Origin: Takakia lepidozioides
Taxonomy: Eukaryota; Plantae; Bryophyta
DNA: 64,000 nucleotides
Assembly: GCA_030704615.1 (NCBI GenBank)
Contig: CM060731.1
Span: forward strand, 23,188,001 to 23,252,000
Direction: 5' to 3'
Below, piece by piece: positions 61,501 through 64,000 of this stretch. The position numbers were made by a program, and so were the translations under genes. The notes under the pieces were generated by a model. That model saw nothing but the letters and a program-made list of their open reading frames with translations. It did not search any database and had not been told where the DNA came from. How positions within the stretch are numbered: the stretch's first letter is position 1; each line of letters begins with the position of its first letter.

Positions 61501-64000
61501 TGTATCGATCGTAGCACTTGTTGCGATCAAAGCTGCACATGTTGCCTCATTCCTGTGATTCATGGTATCGCAAGTGGCGACCATCACCGTCAAGGTCCCT
61601 GCGATGCAAGGTTGGGAAACATATTCGATTTATCACGGCTCTCTCCTTTCTCTATTCACCAAAACACCCCGTCAAGTATCTCGAACTGTGCATCCTTATC
61701 AAACCGTCTACAACAAGTCGTGGTGGTCTGCAACCGGCACATGCAGGTAAAAGTGCATCGCAATCAATTCGCGGTACTCGGAGGATGAGCTCTCTTCCCA
61801 TTTTATCAGGCTGCGCTACCGACACGGGAACTCGTCGACCGGGCTCCACCGCCCCATGCATGGAAGTGAGAAGTGTACCCGGCCATTTTTGTCCGTTTCC
61901 TCCCTTAAACAGTGGGCCGGGTACATGGAAGGCTGCTCTTAGCCCCTCCATTTTAGGCAGAAAAAAAGCCTAAAAGTACCAAAAAACGTGGGCCCGCGAC
62001 ACCCTATACAAAAAAACAGGGACAAAAATTTAAAAAAATAGCCCAAATGGGGCGGGCCCTGGCCAGCTAGTGCCAAGAAAGCACATGGGGAACCCACCCT
62101 TTTCGCCTGGGAACGGGGGAGCATGGCGCCCTAAATCCAAGGGCCGGTGCCCCATTGCACCAGGGGTCAGCACGATTTCGCACCTATTGCCACTGTCCGA
62201 TCTCTATCCAGTAGTCATATTGCACATATGTATATGTAGCCATATTGCCATATTGCACCATTCGATCTCCATATTGCACAATATATTGCATACCCGTAGC
62301 CAGGTGGATTCTAGATGGATATTGTAGTAGTCGCCACCTCTGCACTCAGTCCCAAAAATATATCACCATGTCCTCGCCTAGGCAGAAATGAAAAAAAAAG
62401 GGCTAGCGAGAAGGGGAGCGGGACCAGAACGGGAGAGCGAGGACAAGAGACAGGGATAGGGGAGGGGAGTGGATACTGGGAACAGAGGAGCGAATCTAGG
62501 ATCTTGGACTTCGAATTATTTTGGAGATGAAAAAGTACATTAATTAGTCGCATATGCAACCAATTACTCAATGTGCTATGATTGCCACATATTGAGCCTC
62601 GGAACTCTAATGCATATCACCTAACCACCACGCTACCATCCGCTTCTTGTTAAACCTTTGATTTTTTAATGATTTATTCTACAATACTAGCTCGCAGATG
62701 AGGGGGGAGAGGGTGGGGATTCAACAGCGTGCCCCCGCTGGAACATCGCCGGCCATCCTCGACGACCATTCCGGCAAGGCTCCCGAGTTTGCATTCAACT
62801 CGTTGGGTAAGCGTAGTCTTCTCCATTAAGTTCCCTTCACATATATCTTCAATTTCATTTGGCCCTGCCAAACTTCAGAAAGTCGTGTTTAGCTCATAGG
62901 AAAAATCACATAAACCTAATTATGCTTGGACAAACGTATGAATGTACTGTTTAAAAATTACCAAGTTTGAAAAAGCCCCCACTAAAACACTCTAAATTCC
63001 CAAATTCCACTGTGGATAGTCAGGAAACTTGGGGAGATGACGAAGGTGCCAGGTAGGCACCTTTGTCTCTGGATAAAAGGCGGTGGGTTGGCAGCGTCTA
63101 TTTTCTGTTCACGGGTGCAATTTTTTCGTTTGTCTTTTCGTATCTTGTAGGCAATTAAGGGTTAAAGTAGTAATTTTTTCTCCTTCTTGATAAAAGACTG
63201 AGTGTGGTACACTACTTAAGGTCATTGCATGTTAACAAGTTGCAAAAAGGTATCCATGTATGGAGCGGCTAAATGTCAAGAACTTTCTAAGCCCTGAATG
63301 TTCAAAGAGGGTATGGAAAATTCATGGGGGGTATCAAGAGGCAGGCAAAAAAAAGGGATCACCTTGTAAAGATGGGAAGATGATGTGAGAGAACTTGAGA
63401 TGGCACTCTAAAAGAGGGAGAGAAGATACCCAAAACAAAAATGGGAAAGTCACAAGATCAAAAGAATGGAGGTGGACAAAGCTCGCCATTGTGGATCCCC
63501 GGCAAGTCCTTGAAACATTGGGGATTTTGACTTGTAGTTGTTTCCTCAATTGGGGGTTGGGTAGCATGTGAGCAGGCTCACGCCAGCGGGCATGAGCACA
63601 AAGAAATATTCCGTATACTCTAGAAGATTCTTGAGAATATGCTATTGCAAAACCCATACGTGCTCACGCGGCAAGAAACACAAAACTATCTGAAAACTGT
63701 GCTCACGCGAAAAAAATCATGAAATTAATCGTCCAAAGCTTAACTCGCGTGAGCACAATGACCCACAAATATATCTGCCATAACTCAAAGATCAGCGCAT
63801 GTAAACAATGTGGCATTTGGTAACATTGTGTTTAGAACATCCACAATAACCCGCCAACGAAATGTAAATGGTTTTATCAGTGAAATTAGGGTTTCGCCAG
63901 CGAAACTTGGCTAGAGGTTCGACCTATCTGACAGGTGGATGTGGATTCTGATCTTCAGGTTTAAGTTATATTCAGATTCGATGTATCGCCTAGTGCAGTA

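Larger units (their letters stand above)
55614..61938. mobile_element. PIF/Harbinger DNA transposon with a nested pogo-type element
   Basis: TTA TSD at 55611-55613 and 61939-61941. Imperfect TIR GAGC(GT/AGC)CTTCCATGT. Myb/SANT ORF on the + strand and HARBI1-like transposase remnants on the - strand. Confidence 0.88.

Noticed and set aside
63660-63760. TGCTCACGCG direct and inverted motifs
   Set aside because: Possibly subterminal repeats of another TE, but too little context near the window edge.

Overview
This is eukaryotic nuclear DNA, most likely from a non-seed land plant (a bryophyte or lycophyte, inferred from plant-type genes, spliceosomal introns and the TE repertoire). The left half (1-29 kb) is a nest of decayed mobile DNA. 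It contains: (i) an FCP1-like HAD phosphatase pseudogene and an L1 RT fragment cut by a CACTA-type terminus; (ii) a gene for a ParB/Srx-like (WDGNHR) protein flanked on both sides by clusters of the palindrome ATTTCGGCGCCGAAAT; (iii) a ~10.7 kb Dualen/RandI-like LINE with a 2A-like motif, APE, RT, chromodomain, a PCIF1/Dam-like adenine methyltransferase-like domain, RNase H, zinc knuckle and RLE, whose RT is interrupted by an intron-containing beta-class N6/N4 DNA methyltransferase-like fragment carrying the same palindrome; (iv) a Ty3/gypsy chromovirus with two nested insertions; (v) the 5' part of an L1. The right half holds host genes: an unknown small protein, an L-type lectin RLK pseudogene, a membrane protein with a C-terminal SAM domain, SMARCAL1/CHR18 with a triplicated HARP-like exon cassette, and an intronless plastid aldose-1-epimerase-family gene. 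It ends with a PIF/Harbinger element (TTA TSD) carrying a nested pogo-type DDE transposon. The best candidates for an undescribed system are the ParB-like protein + palindrome array + DNA methyltransferase element, and the methyltransferase/chromodomain-bearing dual-endonuclease LINE. All domain calls were made by eye from motifs. The 9-19.5 kb region is indel-rich and may include sequencing or assembly error.
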